A DNA stretch of 64,000 nt, taken from IMG/VR virus record IMGVR_UViG_3300044732_001058; one strand, given 5' to 3'. The notes under the pieces were generated by a model. That model was not told the origin of the DNA. It saw only the letters and a list, made by a program, of their open reading frames with translations, and ran no database searches. Made by a program: the position numbers and the translations under genes. Below, piece after piece: positions 20,501 through 29,119 of this stretch. How positions within the stretch are numbered: the first letter of the stretch is position 1; every line of letters starts with the position of its first letter. Source of the DNA: an uncultured virus (IMG/VR IMGVR_UViG_3300044732_001058). Taxonomy: Duplodnaviria > Heunggongvirae > Uroviricota > Caudoviricetes.

Positions 20501-23500
20501 TATCTTAAACCTACTTGATTCAAATTCCATGTTTTGAAGTTGAGAAGCAATGTTAAAGACATAATTAGAAATAGAGTCTTCTATTCTTTTTATGATTGGT
20601 CGCGCATTAAATTGTTGTTTTTCAAGCTGTTGAGCGGCGCTTTTATATTTATCATTTGTAGCGTCAAAAAACCTCTTCACTAAAACCCCGCTATTAGCTA
20701 CAAAAAAATCTCCTTCGACTCCCATTTCATCTATTACATTATCAGATAAATCCGCTAACTCTTTAGCAATCGTTTCTGATATGTTGTATTTTTTAGCTAT
20801 CGCCGCTAAATCAGATTCGGATGTATAACCTTGCATTTCTTTTTGAAACTCTTCCATAAATGCAGAAGAATTTTCGGCAGTTAATCCGCCCTTTTTAAGT
20901 AAATCAAAAAAACCTTGAAATTGCACGAAAGATGTCTGCAAACTTGCTTCTGTTTCTTTTATATCACCAGAGCCTTGCTGAATATTATATCCTTTTTTTG
21001 CTAATTGATTTGATCGGACTGGTATTGTAAAAGATAATTTATCACCACTTTCTTTATAAGAAGTTTTTAAATTATTTATTGATTTTACCATATTTGCAGT
21101 ACTAGTAAAATCTTCAATAGCTTTACCCATCTTATCTATATCACCACCTGCTTCCATAAATTTTCTTCCTAATTCAGGAGACTCTTTTGATAAATTTTGA
21201 AAAGTTTCTGATAGTTTAAAAGAAGCTTGATTTAATAAAGATGGATCTGATATAGAACTAATTTCTTTTAATTGCTGGATGTAGGAACCACTTGAACTAA
21301 TAATATTATCAACTTGTGCTTTATAAAATTCTGAAGACTTCTGCAAGTCTTCTAACGAATCTTGAGAGTCATAAGCGGCTTTGCCTAAACCAATTAAAGC
21401 TCCAATTGCTGCTCCAGCAGCAGTTCCTAACCCTGGAATCATCGATCCAATTTCAGCACCAGTTGTTGTAGCAGTTAAAACTCCACTAGATGCGCTCGAT
21501 GCAAATTTTTCAGCAGTACTTAACTGAGATCTATCTCTGCCTCCTTGAATAAGATTTTCTAACTGACCACCAATTAAAGCTCCACCCACTACACCAGCAA
21601 TTCCACCTAATTTTGAACTTGCAAATTTATCTGCTTTTGCTCCTTTTGCGCCAAAAAACTTTTCAGATAAAGATTTAGAAGTAGATGTATTTGCAGTAGT
21701 TTGATTAGCGGCGTTTCTTTCTGCATCAGCATGAGCTTTAACTTGTTTTAACAACTCATTAAAAGATGCTGCCTGTAAATTATAACTTTTTAATATTTTT
21801 TGTACTGCTGAGTTTATTTGAACATTATTGGTTTTTAATAAATCTATACTTTTTATATAATTATTAATAGCAGTATCAATTGAATTTCTACTTGTTACTC
21901 TTCCAGACCTCTCTCTAATTGCTGTTCCAGAAGAACTAAAATCAGCAAAGTTAGGCACAAACCCTCCACTCATTAACCCAGCATCCTTCTGCCCTCTCAT
22001 TGAATCACTCAAAGCATTACTTAAACCACCATGATCGGCGATTGCGGAACTAAATGTTGGCTGACTCTTGTTTCTAATGTGTGGGAAAGGTTTACTATCG
22101 AATACGGCTTTTTCTCCGCTCATGCTTTCTTCTAAGCCCATTACTGCTTGTTTATACGCAAAGTTGGGAATAAAACCTTTTGCAGCATTCATTGCTAAAA
22201 ACGCAGGATCTTTTACATAATTATCTAATAAACTATTTGTTTCTGCGGACAATCCTTTTACAAGATCAGGGCTATTCTTCAATATTTGAGAATAACTTGT
22301 TCCAGCTAATTCAAGAAAGTTTTTACCAAACTCAGATGGCAATTGATTTTCATGACCAGTTTCATTGAAAACCATGACACCTTCTTTTATTTTAGCCGCT
22401 TGTTCAGGATCAGTTTGAGCAACTCTCTTTAATTTATCATTCATGTGTTTAGCAACCGAGCCACCTGATAAATTTTTTTTCGGAAAACCTTTAAAATCAA
22501 GACCAATAATTCCATCATCTTGTAAAAGAGCGTCATCAAATGCAGTTTGACTAGATTTTGCTCTAGGTTGCAATACACTGCCTCTAACAAATTCACCAAA
22601 TATATTGGATTTATTTATTAATTGTAATGCTTTTCTACTAAAAGTTTCATATAATGGACCGAAAATATTAGGATCACCATTTTCATCTGCACCTTTAGCA
22701 GTGCTTCTAAAACTAATTTGTCTAAATGTATCTACATCACTAGCTTTAGATATTCCTAAAGTAGGTTGGATTTTATCAAAAGCAGCATTACCAAATTTCT
22801 TAAACCAAGGAATTCTTATTGCGCTTGTAGGAGGAGCAAAATTAGGAATAAAACCTCCAGACTTATAGTCCAAAGCTAATTTTTCAGCAGTTTCTTTTTT
22901 ATTTGAACCTTTAGCTACATACGTCTTTTCAAGAGGAACTTTAGTGCGATCTAAGAAAAGATTTGAAGATATTATGTCTTTATCGCTTATGTCACTAAGT
23001 CGTCCCGCAATCGATTTATTTTTTGCAATTAAATTTCTTTTATTTGTTTTGTGTACAACGTTCTTATCAAGCCCACCTGCTGTTTGAGGTAAAATCACAG
23101 ACCCGCCTTCTACTGTAGGCTTGACATACCAATTGCCTGATCTAGTACTCTTAATAGTAGCGTTATTAGACCTTATTATTTTAGAAATATAGCTGTCTAA
23201 ATTAATAGGCTTTTCTGATAATTTAGCGTCTCCCCAAAAAGTCTTATTATTTAAGCCTAGTTTTTCCTTTACTTGTGGATCTTTAAACTCAAACGGATTA
23301 TAATCTAATATATCGTTGTCTTCTAAGTACGCTTGTTTTAAGCCAATAGCAATCGCTATTGTATTATCAAAAACTTTTCCAGCATCCATCTTTGCTAAAT
23401 AATTTGAAGCAAAATTAGGCACAAATCCACTATTCATATACGGATCAACACCCGTTCTACTTATAGCGTTTTGTCTATGTGCGCGGCCAGCTTTTGATCC

Positions 23501-25306
23501 AGCAGGAGGATTAATAAAAGGTTGAGCAAAACCGGGAACATATTTAACATCTTCCGCAGTATTCATTACTCCACCAACAGGAGATTTCACTACTTTACCG
23601 GGAGCATAACCACCAGCTTGTGCGCCAACTGTTTCAGCCATTCTTGTTGCAGCAGGAATATAACCTCCTGCGCGAGTGACCTGCAAACCACCAGATCCTT
23701 TTACTCGCACACCTTGACCGGCCAATTGAGTTGCTAATTGTTTTGCAAGAGTTGACTGTATTTGATATTCTGCTGTTTGCTGTCTTGCTAATTGAAGCAG
23801 CAACTGAGCTTGCGCAGCTTGATTACCCATAGAGCCAGCAAGAGCTTGCGATACCGGCCCTTGTTGCTGCATGATTTGCAAAATAGATTGTTCAATGTTT
23901 TTTCTATTTTGAGTTTCTGTCGTGATACCAGCAATCTGAGGCAAAGCCTGAGCGAGATAAGTGAAAGAGTTTTGTATTAACTTAAAAAGCGTAAAGAAAG
24001 CGGCAATAGCACCGGGACCAGCTATTACATTACGAATACCTTTTAATAAACCATTAGCGAAAGTAGAACCAACTCCTTCTCCTTCAAGAATTTCGTTCAT
24101 GCTTTCAACAAGTGATTTCAATTGTTCTGTACCATATCTAGCCAATGGTTCAAATGTTACTTTACCAATGTTATTTGCTAGTTGTTGTGTAGAAGTGGCG
24201 GTTTGCTTTAATAAAGCATCAAGAGTTTGATTTAGTTTTGCAGTAGCGACTTCAGCTTCATTTGTTGCTGATGCGCCTCTTTGTAAAGCTCCAGCATACA
24301 CACCTTGAGATTTATTTAAATCACCAACAATAGCTTTAAGAATGTTAACTTGATAAACACCAGCGACTTGTTCAGATAACTGCGCTCTTTGAGCGTCTCC
24401 TAAGTTTTTATAAGCACCTGCGAAATTTTGTAGAATAGAGACTGCTGGTAAAGTATTTCCTTGTACATCTCTTACAGCTATATTGAAAGCTTCTAATTGG
24501 TCAAGAGTATCAGTACGTTGTAAGCGAGTAAAAATTGTTTTTAATGCGTTACCAATAACCGCGCCGCCTCTTGCTGTACTTTGTTGAGCGGATGTAACTA
24601 ATGCATTTAACTGATCAAAACTAACTCCTGCTTCTTGCGCCGCTTGACCTGTACGAGACAATGCTTCAGCCAAGTCTCCTGCGCCAACTGCGAAATCCTG
24701 TTCGACAGCTACAAGTTTATTTAATATTTGAGTTGTTGTTATTCCAGTTGCAGAAAAACCGTTTATAGTAGAAGTTAAAGCGTCAACAGAATTTGCAGTG
24801 CTAATTCCGGCCACTCTTGCTAAAGTTAACGCGTCTTTTGTTCTTATCAAAACTTCTTCAGCTTTTAAACCTTGACGAGAGAATTCAAGAGCAGCTTTAG
24901 ATGCATCATCAAATGAAGAAGCCGTTTGTTTACCAACGCTAAATAAATCTGTACTAAATTTTTGTAATTGACCAGTAGTTAATCCGAATACACGATTAAT
25001 ATCAGCAAGATTCTTTTCGACATCGATAGTAACATTAGCTAATTCTTTAAAACTACGAATAACACCACCAAGAACAGCGGTTGAAGCTCCGAATGCAATA
25101 ACGCGAGCATTAGAAGCGGCAAGAGCCGCCTCAAAATCCTTAACATCACCAGTCATTCTTCCAAGCGGCTGAGAGAAAGCTCGTTGATTAACGCTTAAAT
25201 TAACCTGATTGTTCTGAGCGAATTTTTGATTATACGCTTGAACACCAGCTTGAATAGAAGCTGTTAAAGCTGCTTGATTGGCGGCGACATTGATTTGAAC
25301 GGCCAT
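17531..25306 (-). CDS. Tape measure protein with inserted cargo domains
   Basis: 2591 aa; TP901-type N-terminal region (AALEFSRQG, LAEALSRTG, IGNALKTIFTRL); Ala/Gly hydrophobic segments; C-terminal GSGDKYPAMLENGEYVLN motif; between chaperones and tip genes. Confidence 0.92.
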   Translation of the reverse strand: MAVQINVAANQAALTASIQAGVQAYNQKFAQNNQVNLSVNQRAFSQPLGRMTGDVKDFEAALAASNARVIAFGASTAVLGGVIRSFKELANVTIDVEKNLADINRVFGLTTGQLQKFSTDLFSVGKQTASSFDDASKAALEFSRQGLKAEEVLIRTKDALTLARVAGISTANSVDALTSTINGFSATGITTTQILNKLVAVEQDFAVGAGDLAEALSRTGQAAQEAGVSFDQLNALVTSAQQSTARGGAVIGNALKTIFTRLQRTDTLDQLEAFNIAVRDVQGNTLPAVSILQNFAGAYKNLGDAQRAQLSEQVAGVYQVNILKAIVGDLNKSQGVYAGALQRGASATNEAEVATAKLNQTLDALLKQTATSTQQLANNIGKVTFEPLARYGTEQLKSLVESMNEILEGEGVGSTFANGLLKGIRNVIAGPGAIAAFFTLFKLIQNSFTYLAQALPQIAGITTETQNRKNIEQSILQIMQQQGPVSQALAGSMGNQAAQAQLLLQLARQQTAEYQIQSTLAKQLATQLAGQGVRVKGSGGLQVTRAGGYIPAATRMAETVGAQAGGYAPGKVVKSPVGGVMNTAEDVKYVPGFAQPFINPPAGSKAGRAHRQNAISRTGVDPYMNSGFVPNFASNYLAKMDAGKVFDNTIAIAIGLKQAYLEDNDILDYNPFEFKDPQVKEKLGLNNKTFWGDAKLSEKPINLDSYISKIIRSNNATIKSTRSGNWYVKPTVEGGSVILPQTAGGLDKNVVHKTNKRNLIAKNKSIAGRLSDISDKDIISSNLFLDRTKVPLEKTYVAKGSNKKETAEKLALDYKSGGFIPNFAPPTSAIRIPWFKKFGNAAFDKIQPTLGISKASDVDTFRQISFRSTAKGADENGDPNIFGPLYETFSRKALQLINKSNIFGEFVRGSVLQPRAKSSQTAFDDALLQDDGIIGLDFKGFPKKNLSGGSVAKHMNDKLKRVAQTDPEQAAKIKEGVMVFNETGHENQLPSEFGKNFLELAGTSYSQILKNSPDLVKGLSAETNSLLDNYVKDPAFLAMNAAKGFIPNFAYKQAVMGLEESMSGEKAVFDSKPFPHIRNKSQPTFSSAIADHGGLSNALSDSMRGQKDAGLMSGGFVPNFADFSSSGTAIRERSGRVTSRNSIDTAINNYIKSIDLLKTNNVQINSAVQKILKSYNLQAASFNELLKQVKAHADAERNAANQTTANTSTSKSLSEKFFGAKGAKADKFASSKLGGIAGVVGGALIGGQLENLIQGGRDRSQLSTAEKFASSASSGVLTATTTGAEIGSMIPGLGTAAGAAIGALIGLGKAAYDSQDSLEDLQKSSEFYKAQVDNIISSSGSYIQQLKEISSISDPSLLNQASFKLSETFQNLSKESPELGRKFMEAGGDIDKMGKAIEDFTSTANMVKSINNLKTSYKESGDKLSFTIPVRSNQLAKKGYNIQQGSGDIKETEASLQTSFVQFQGFFDLLKKGGLTAENSSAFMEEFQKEMQGYTSESDLAAIAKKYNISETIAKELADLSDNVIDEMGVEGDFFVANSGVLVKRFFDATNDKYKSAAQQLEKQQFNARPIIKRIEDSISNYVFNIASQLQNMEFESSRFKILENAANNYLDSISTPLEKASREISSRNRETQTKTEASRMKFTSDFEQNIGSKLPKTLGGSDAGTLGKLEKLIESFKTSSTEQQLSQINELIKNTNSVEATSAAGYKNVDPNEVKSLNAELKKERDSLMLLIQTKKENLSLSALENDVAKRKAESTERLLILQNKLIESDTKRAISIAGQKANIDIRENDLQNTRKTPGFGFGLSEGRINRETIMQNRGLMMERQSLTRADTLGNVKSQLKSTLFPILTPIKTAFQEIEKVSISEQPNLYKNLGVDKVNISDMTDLFNLDDMLDKINDPASLESFRKNLEYIFSNIDQTSVLYKPLQEQMGIISQTLIGLDKESKIFESNSQADIKIADVNDRINNAYIYRLNTLLQIEKAQRGILNTIEIEEQRLDAAKSRPANFFGLGVTGKAEKQIGFDEQNLALRQRRQNAQATQNVQQQLSQFETFRNKVQAEKINPLVQDGFVGPSTEDQLGKIEKARTAISNLDTSKITNVDQAKAFVSELSNIRNQYGLQGEAAKTLADTEKEINSILNSNVDELDKMRSIQDILNSKVRQEAKDRQSIRMGFKEGFDQIQEDADTGLNRLAKDTPMLFRDGMVNAIKAAVKETDNLGDALLGVAANFLDTISNRLMEVGVSKLISGSGIESLFTAQKGGVVRAQSGMYVSGTGSGDKYPAMLENGEYVLNRRAVMAMGGPAALDTLNFSAAPRFASGGAFNAELSDIKSMEDGMTTFGLENSSLYKELRDTEIQKAEQARQKKRARQAQTAQMVGSIVASIATIGIGAGISNKMGNIQAGKAQTLSAKLNATGGAGMTNSELGSLAKFQKSGLLGNNFEYKGPTNIQSGFNSFLSGPSFGPNRALVTKPMGRQTGGSIGSRLSDTIPAYMEGGLYNSPMVKQYGVGMQSGGTSAVANNSNTVNNSNASNSFNFNTSVNRDGAIQMGADSSTYKQQDVELSNNLNTKIYGAVLDVIREQQRFGGSLAGTRKA
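21944..23431 (-). repeat. Four dispersed GF(I/V)PNFA peptide repeats within the TMP
   Basis: Copies at 23408-23431, 22835-22861, 22157-22183 and 21944-21970. Confidence 0.9.
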
Positions 25307-25315
25307 ATGCTTTAT

Positions 25316-25321
25316 TTACAC
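25316..25321 (-). promoter_or_regulatory. GTGTAA motif upstream of TMP
   Basis: 9 nt before ATG 25306. Confidence 0.6.
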
Positions 25322-25334
25322 GTTAAAATTACTA

Positions 25335-26330
25335 TTAACCGAATATTTTCATCATATCGTCCATACTCAATGAGCCGCCTTTCTTTTTAGCTTCATCTGC
25401 TAAAGATAAAGTCTTTTGACCTTTAGCCTTTAATCCTATATATTCAAGGTCTTCTGATGTTGCACCAACTATTGAACTAGCTTGATTTTCTTTGTTGTTC
25501 TTTTTTTCAATTGTTTTTTTGGCGTTTTCATTGGCGTTCACATAATCAATTATTTTATCAGGATCGTCTTTAATATCTTGAGGCATTTTATCATTTTGCT
25601 GAAAAACGTTCTTAAAAAATCGAGCATAAATAAGTAATTTTACTTGATTATAAGTAAGCTCGCACACACATTTACCGAAGAATTCAGTAGGATTTTCAGC
25701 AAACGGCATATACAAATTAAAAAAATCTTGCAAAATTAGGTGTTGAATCGTGTTATCATTTATGTTTTTGTAGACCTCTGAGTATTGTTTTATAATACAA
25801 GTTAGAGTTTCGGAATCGATATTATCAAACTCATCTTCTTCAAAAGCTTCTTCATCTAATTTTTTATTTTTATATAAGCATTTTAATATATAATAATCAT
25901 TAACTCTTTCTTCAGCATAACTTTCGGCGGTTCTTTGAAAGAATGATGCTCTTGTATTTTTTAAATCGTTTAAACGTTTTTGCGCCGATTCAATATCATT
26001 ATTAACTCTTGTTATTTCTGATTTTAGATATAATGCTTTCTTTTGTTTATTGAAGTTTTCTATTAAATTTTGTTCTTGTGTTATTAAAGATTCTTGTTTA
26101 TTTGACCATTGTTTCTCTTCAACTAGCCGCTCTAAAGTTTCGCTATTCGTAGGAACGCCGCGTTTTTTAGCTTGATCAAAATAGACATCATAAATTTGAT
26201 CAATATCGACTTGATCTTCCAAAGACAAATGCTTTAAATAAAAAAGATTCTCTAAAACTTTAATCTCAGAGAATCCATTTTTTATATCCCTAAAAGCTTT
26301 TTTGTATTTACTCTGTTGGGACTGTTCCAT
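25335..26330 (-). CDS. Putative tail assembly chaperone (second)
   Basis: Charged helical protein immediately upstream of TMP; positional call. Confidence 0.5.
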   Translation of the reverse strand: MEQSQQSKYKKAFRDIKNGFSEIKVLENLFYLKHLSLEDQVDIDQIYDVYFDQAKKRGVPTNSETLERLVEEKQWSNKQESLITQEQNLIENFNKQKKALYLKSEITRVNNDIESAQKRLNDLKNTRASFFQRTAESYAEERVNDYYILKCLYKNKKLDEEAFEEDEFDNIDSETLTCIIKQYSEVYKNINDNTIQHLILQDFFNLYMPFAENPTEFFGKCVCELTYNQVKLLIYARFFKNVFQQNDKMPQDIKDDPDKIIDYVNANENAKKTIEKKNNKENQASSIVGATSEDLEYIGLKAKGQKTLSLADEAKKKGGSLSMDDMMKIFG

Positions 26331-27087
26331 CTATTTCTCCAATGATTCTATCGAATTCTTCTTTTTCTGTATTACTGGTAAAGAACCAATAACTAATAAC
26401 ACTAGCTAGTTTACTATAGCATTTTTCATAAATTTCATTCTTGTTTTCTTCGTAATCGAACATTACAGATTCTTTAATTTCAAACGTCTTACCGGGAAAC
26501 AGCCATTCATATTCAGGACTCTTTTTACTATTATCCTTGAATTGAGTAAGACTGAGTACGTACCAAAGAATAGCTCTATTTTGAGCTTTAATGTCGGCGG
26601 TGTGATTAAACAAAGTCATATAACTCGTTTCTTTTTCAATAAGAGTTTTACGACGTTGAAGAATTTCAGAAGTTACTTTTTCAATTTTTAGCTTGTAATC
26701 TTCATCGCGTTCTGATTCTGGTTTTAGATTAAGAATAGTTAATCTGCTTTGTAGATCTCCAATTTCTCCAGCGGCAGACACCATGATCTTTGCGTCATTG
26801 TCGCTAATCAAACCACCAGTATCACTATACTTATTTAGCAACATCGCCTTTGTTAAAATTCCATTTCGAATACAGCGGCTCATTTCAATACTGAATTCCA
26901 TGTCAGCTTCTTGCATTTGCTTTCTATTTGGCTGAAGAATATGAATTTCTATTGGAATTTGTTTCTTAACTTTTTCCTTATAAGTGCGTACGACCTGTTC
27001 GCCTTGTTCATTTGTAACCGTTTCAGTCTTGTCCTCTTCGACTTCTGCTGTTTTAAAAATATTGAAACTATACAGTGACTTTGACAT
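26308..27087 (-). CDS. Putative tail assembly chaperone (first)
   Basis: Charged helical protein two genes upstream of TMP; positional call. Confidence 0.5.
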   Translation of the reverse strand: MSKSLYSFNIFKTAEVEEDKTETVTNEQGEQVVRTYKEKVKKQIPIEIHILQPNRKQMQEADMEFSIEMSRCIRNGILTKAMLLNKYSDTGGLISDNDAKIMVSAAGEIGDLQSRLTILNLKPESERDEDYKLKIEKVTSEILQRRKTLIEKETSYMTLFNHTADIKAQNRAILWYVLSLTQFKDNSKKSPEYEWLFPGKTFEIKESVMFDYEENKNEIYEKCYSKLASVISYWFFTSNTEKEEFDRIIGEIDGTVPTE

Positions 27088-27128
27088 AATTTATTTATAT
27101 TAATATATATTCTATAGTTTTTCAACCA

Positions 27129-27134
27129 GTGTAA
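27129..27134 (+). promoter_or_regulatory. GTGTAA motif upstream of the neck operon
   Basis: 8 nt before ATG 27143. Confidence 0.6.
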
Positions 27135-27142
27135 AGGTATAT

Positions 27143-27598
27143 ATGGCTACGAATCTTATATCTGCTTCAGAAAAAACCGCGCTTAATGCGGTTATTGATG
27201 ATGTTCATGAGACTTTTGCTCGCGAAATCACTGTTTTTAAAGAAGCCTCACAGATTGTAATTATTACTGACCCTAACTTTAATCCATTATATAATACTGC
27301 TGGTCAAACCACTTCATATGTAAATACACCAGTTTATAAGACATTTAAAGTAAGAATATTTTATAACGACGACATTAGTAAAAAATACTGGAGCGAATCA
27401 GGACTAGCTTCTCAAATTAAATTAGAAGTCGTTGTTGGATCTGTAAGAATAAAGATGCGAGCAGAAGATTATGATTATATCAAAGATGGTCGCCGTTTTG
27501 ATGTTGATGGAAAACGATTTGTGTTGAATTCTTCATTTAGACCTCATGGTTTATTTGATAATCAATATTATACTCTTTATCTCAAACCTGACGCATAA
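27143..27598 (+). CDS. Putative head closure/stopper protein
   Basis: 151 aa, beta-rich; HETFAREITVFK...RFDVDGKRF...YYTLYL; first gene of the operon ending in the tail tube. Confidence 0.55.
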   Translation: MATNLISASEKTALNAVIDDVHETFAREITVFKEASQIVIITDPNFNPLYNTAGQTTSYVNTPVYKTFKVRIFYNDDISKKYWSESGLASQIKLEVVVGSVRIKMRAEDYDYIKDGRRFDVDGKRFVLNSSFRPHGLFDNQYYTLYLKPDA

Positions 27599-27601
27599 AA
27601 T

Positions 27602-28192
27602 ATGGATTCAGATTATACAAAAATAATGCAAGATTTGCAAGGTGATAAGGAATATCAAAAAGAAGTTCATAGAATAATTGAAAAAGAATTCAATAAAATA
27701 AAAAATCAATATTTACAAGAATTTCTTAATCATCCTATCACTCAAGAAATAAAAGGAGGCATAGATGCAACAAACACATCAGGAACTCTTGCTGGTATAA
27801 CTAATTTATATTCTTTTATTGGGTTTGATGAAGGATCTGATCCCATAAAACCTATTGAAGATTTATTAGAAAAATCTAATTACAGAATTGTTTTTAATAA
27901 TAAAGCTTTAGATAGTTCGGTTATTTTTGACATACCTACGGCTGTGCAAATATTTGAAGTAACACCTATGCCTTGGGCAGTTGGCAGAAGTTGGGCGAGA
28001 GGAATCGAAACTGGAATATCAGGTCTTGGATATTATTTAAAAAAAATAAAAAACAGTCGATCTGGATTCGGCGTTCAATCATCAACCAATCAAATCAGAC
28101 CTGGAACTGTTTTTAAAAATACAAAATACATATCTGATTTAATAAACAAATTCTCTAAAGATTTAAAAAGTTTAAATAAAATTACAGCATGA
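27602..28192 (+). CDS. Putative neck/tail completion protein
   Basis: Position between putative stopper and terminator; SWARGIETGISG; basic C-terminus. Confidence 0.45.
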   Translation: MDSDYTKIMQDLQGDKEYQKEVHRIIEKEFNKIKNQYLQEFLNHPITQEIKGGIDATNTSGTLAGITNLYSFIGFDEGSDPIKPIEDLLEKSNYRIVFNNKALDSSVIFDIPTAVQIFEVTPMPWAVGRSWARGIETGISGLGYYLKKIKNSRSGFGVQSSTNQIRPGTVFKNTKYISDLINKFSKDLKSLNKITA

Positions 28193-29049
28193 AACCGACA
28201 TTTACTCATAATGTTATTAACAGTTTTTTTCTTTGGTTCGATAATTTCTTAATGACCAAAGGTGACGCTTATAAAACTTATACAACAAAACTATATAATT
28301 ATCAAGACCCTCGACTTGGTGGAGATAAAGTTGTTTACGGATCTCCATATAAACAATGGGTATACGATAAAAACATAACTGGCGCAACAATACCATCTGG
28401 TTTTACAATTAATAATCAATTTGTATCTACTGGTACAAGTGGTATGAAAATTGATTTTGATAATGGCAGAATTATTTTTAACAGCGGAGTTTCAACGGGC
28501 CTCAATATAACCGGAACTTATTCAGCCAAAGAAGTAAACAGTTATATAACAGATCAGCCAGAAGATAATTTAATAATTGAAAATAAATTCGTAACAAATA
28601 GTAGATTCACAGTATCTGAAAATTATATTACTCCATATAATCCTGTTACTCCTTGTATATTTGCTTCTATTGAAACGTCTCATAATACCGCATTCGCTTT
28701 CGGCGGTGAAGATGAAACAAAATGCATTGTTAAAGTCGTAGCGTTTTGTGAAAATTTATATCAGCTAGATGGAGTTCTTAGCGTATTTGGCGATTCATAT
28801 AACGAAATATTCAGCATCATACCAATGACAGGTCATCCATTAGGAGAATTCAATGAAATGAAAACTGGCGCGTATCCTACGGGATATGATTATAAAAATT
28901 TAAACAACGCATATAATTCTCAAACACTTTTTATATCCCATGTTGAAACTTCAAAGATTCGCGACAGCGTTATTAAAGAATTAAATCCGATTCTTCATAT
29001 TGGATTTTTAGATTTTGAAATCAAAACTTATCGATACCCTCGATTATAA
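28189..29049 (+). CDS. Putative tail terminator protein
   Basis: Directly upstream of the tail tube; PCIF..IE....FAFGG pattern. Confidence 0.5.
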   Translation: MKPTFTHNVINSFFLWFDNFLMTKGDAYKTYTTKLYNYQDPRLGGDKVVYGSPYKQWVYDKNITGATIPSGFTINNQFVSTGTSGMKIDFDNGRIIFNSGVSTGLNITGTYSAKEVNSYITDQPEDNLIIENKFVTNSRFTVSENYITPYNPVTPCIFASIETSHNTAFAFGGEDETKCIVKVVAFCENLYQLDGVLSVFGDSYNEIFSIIPMTGHPLGEFNEMKTGAYPTGYDYKNLNNAYNSQTLFISHVETSKIRDSVIKELNPILHIGFLDFEIKTYRYPRL

Positions 29050-29119
29050 TTTCACAAAAACAACCAATCACTGTAAAAAATATTAACAATTTAACAACAA
29101 TTAAACAAATAAAAAACAT

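Noticed and set aside
26308..26345. Lambda G/GT-type -1 programmed frameshift between the two chaperone genes
   Set aside because: The frames are related by +1/-2, not -1; no clear slippery heptamer seen at the overlap; the second ORF has its own ATG with GGAG upstream
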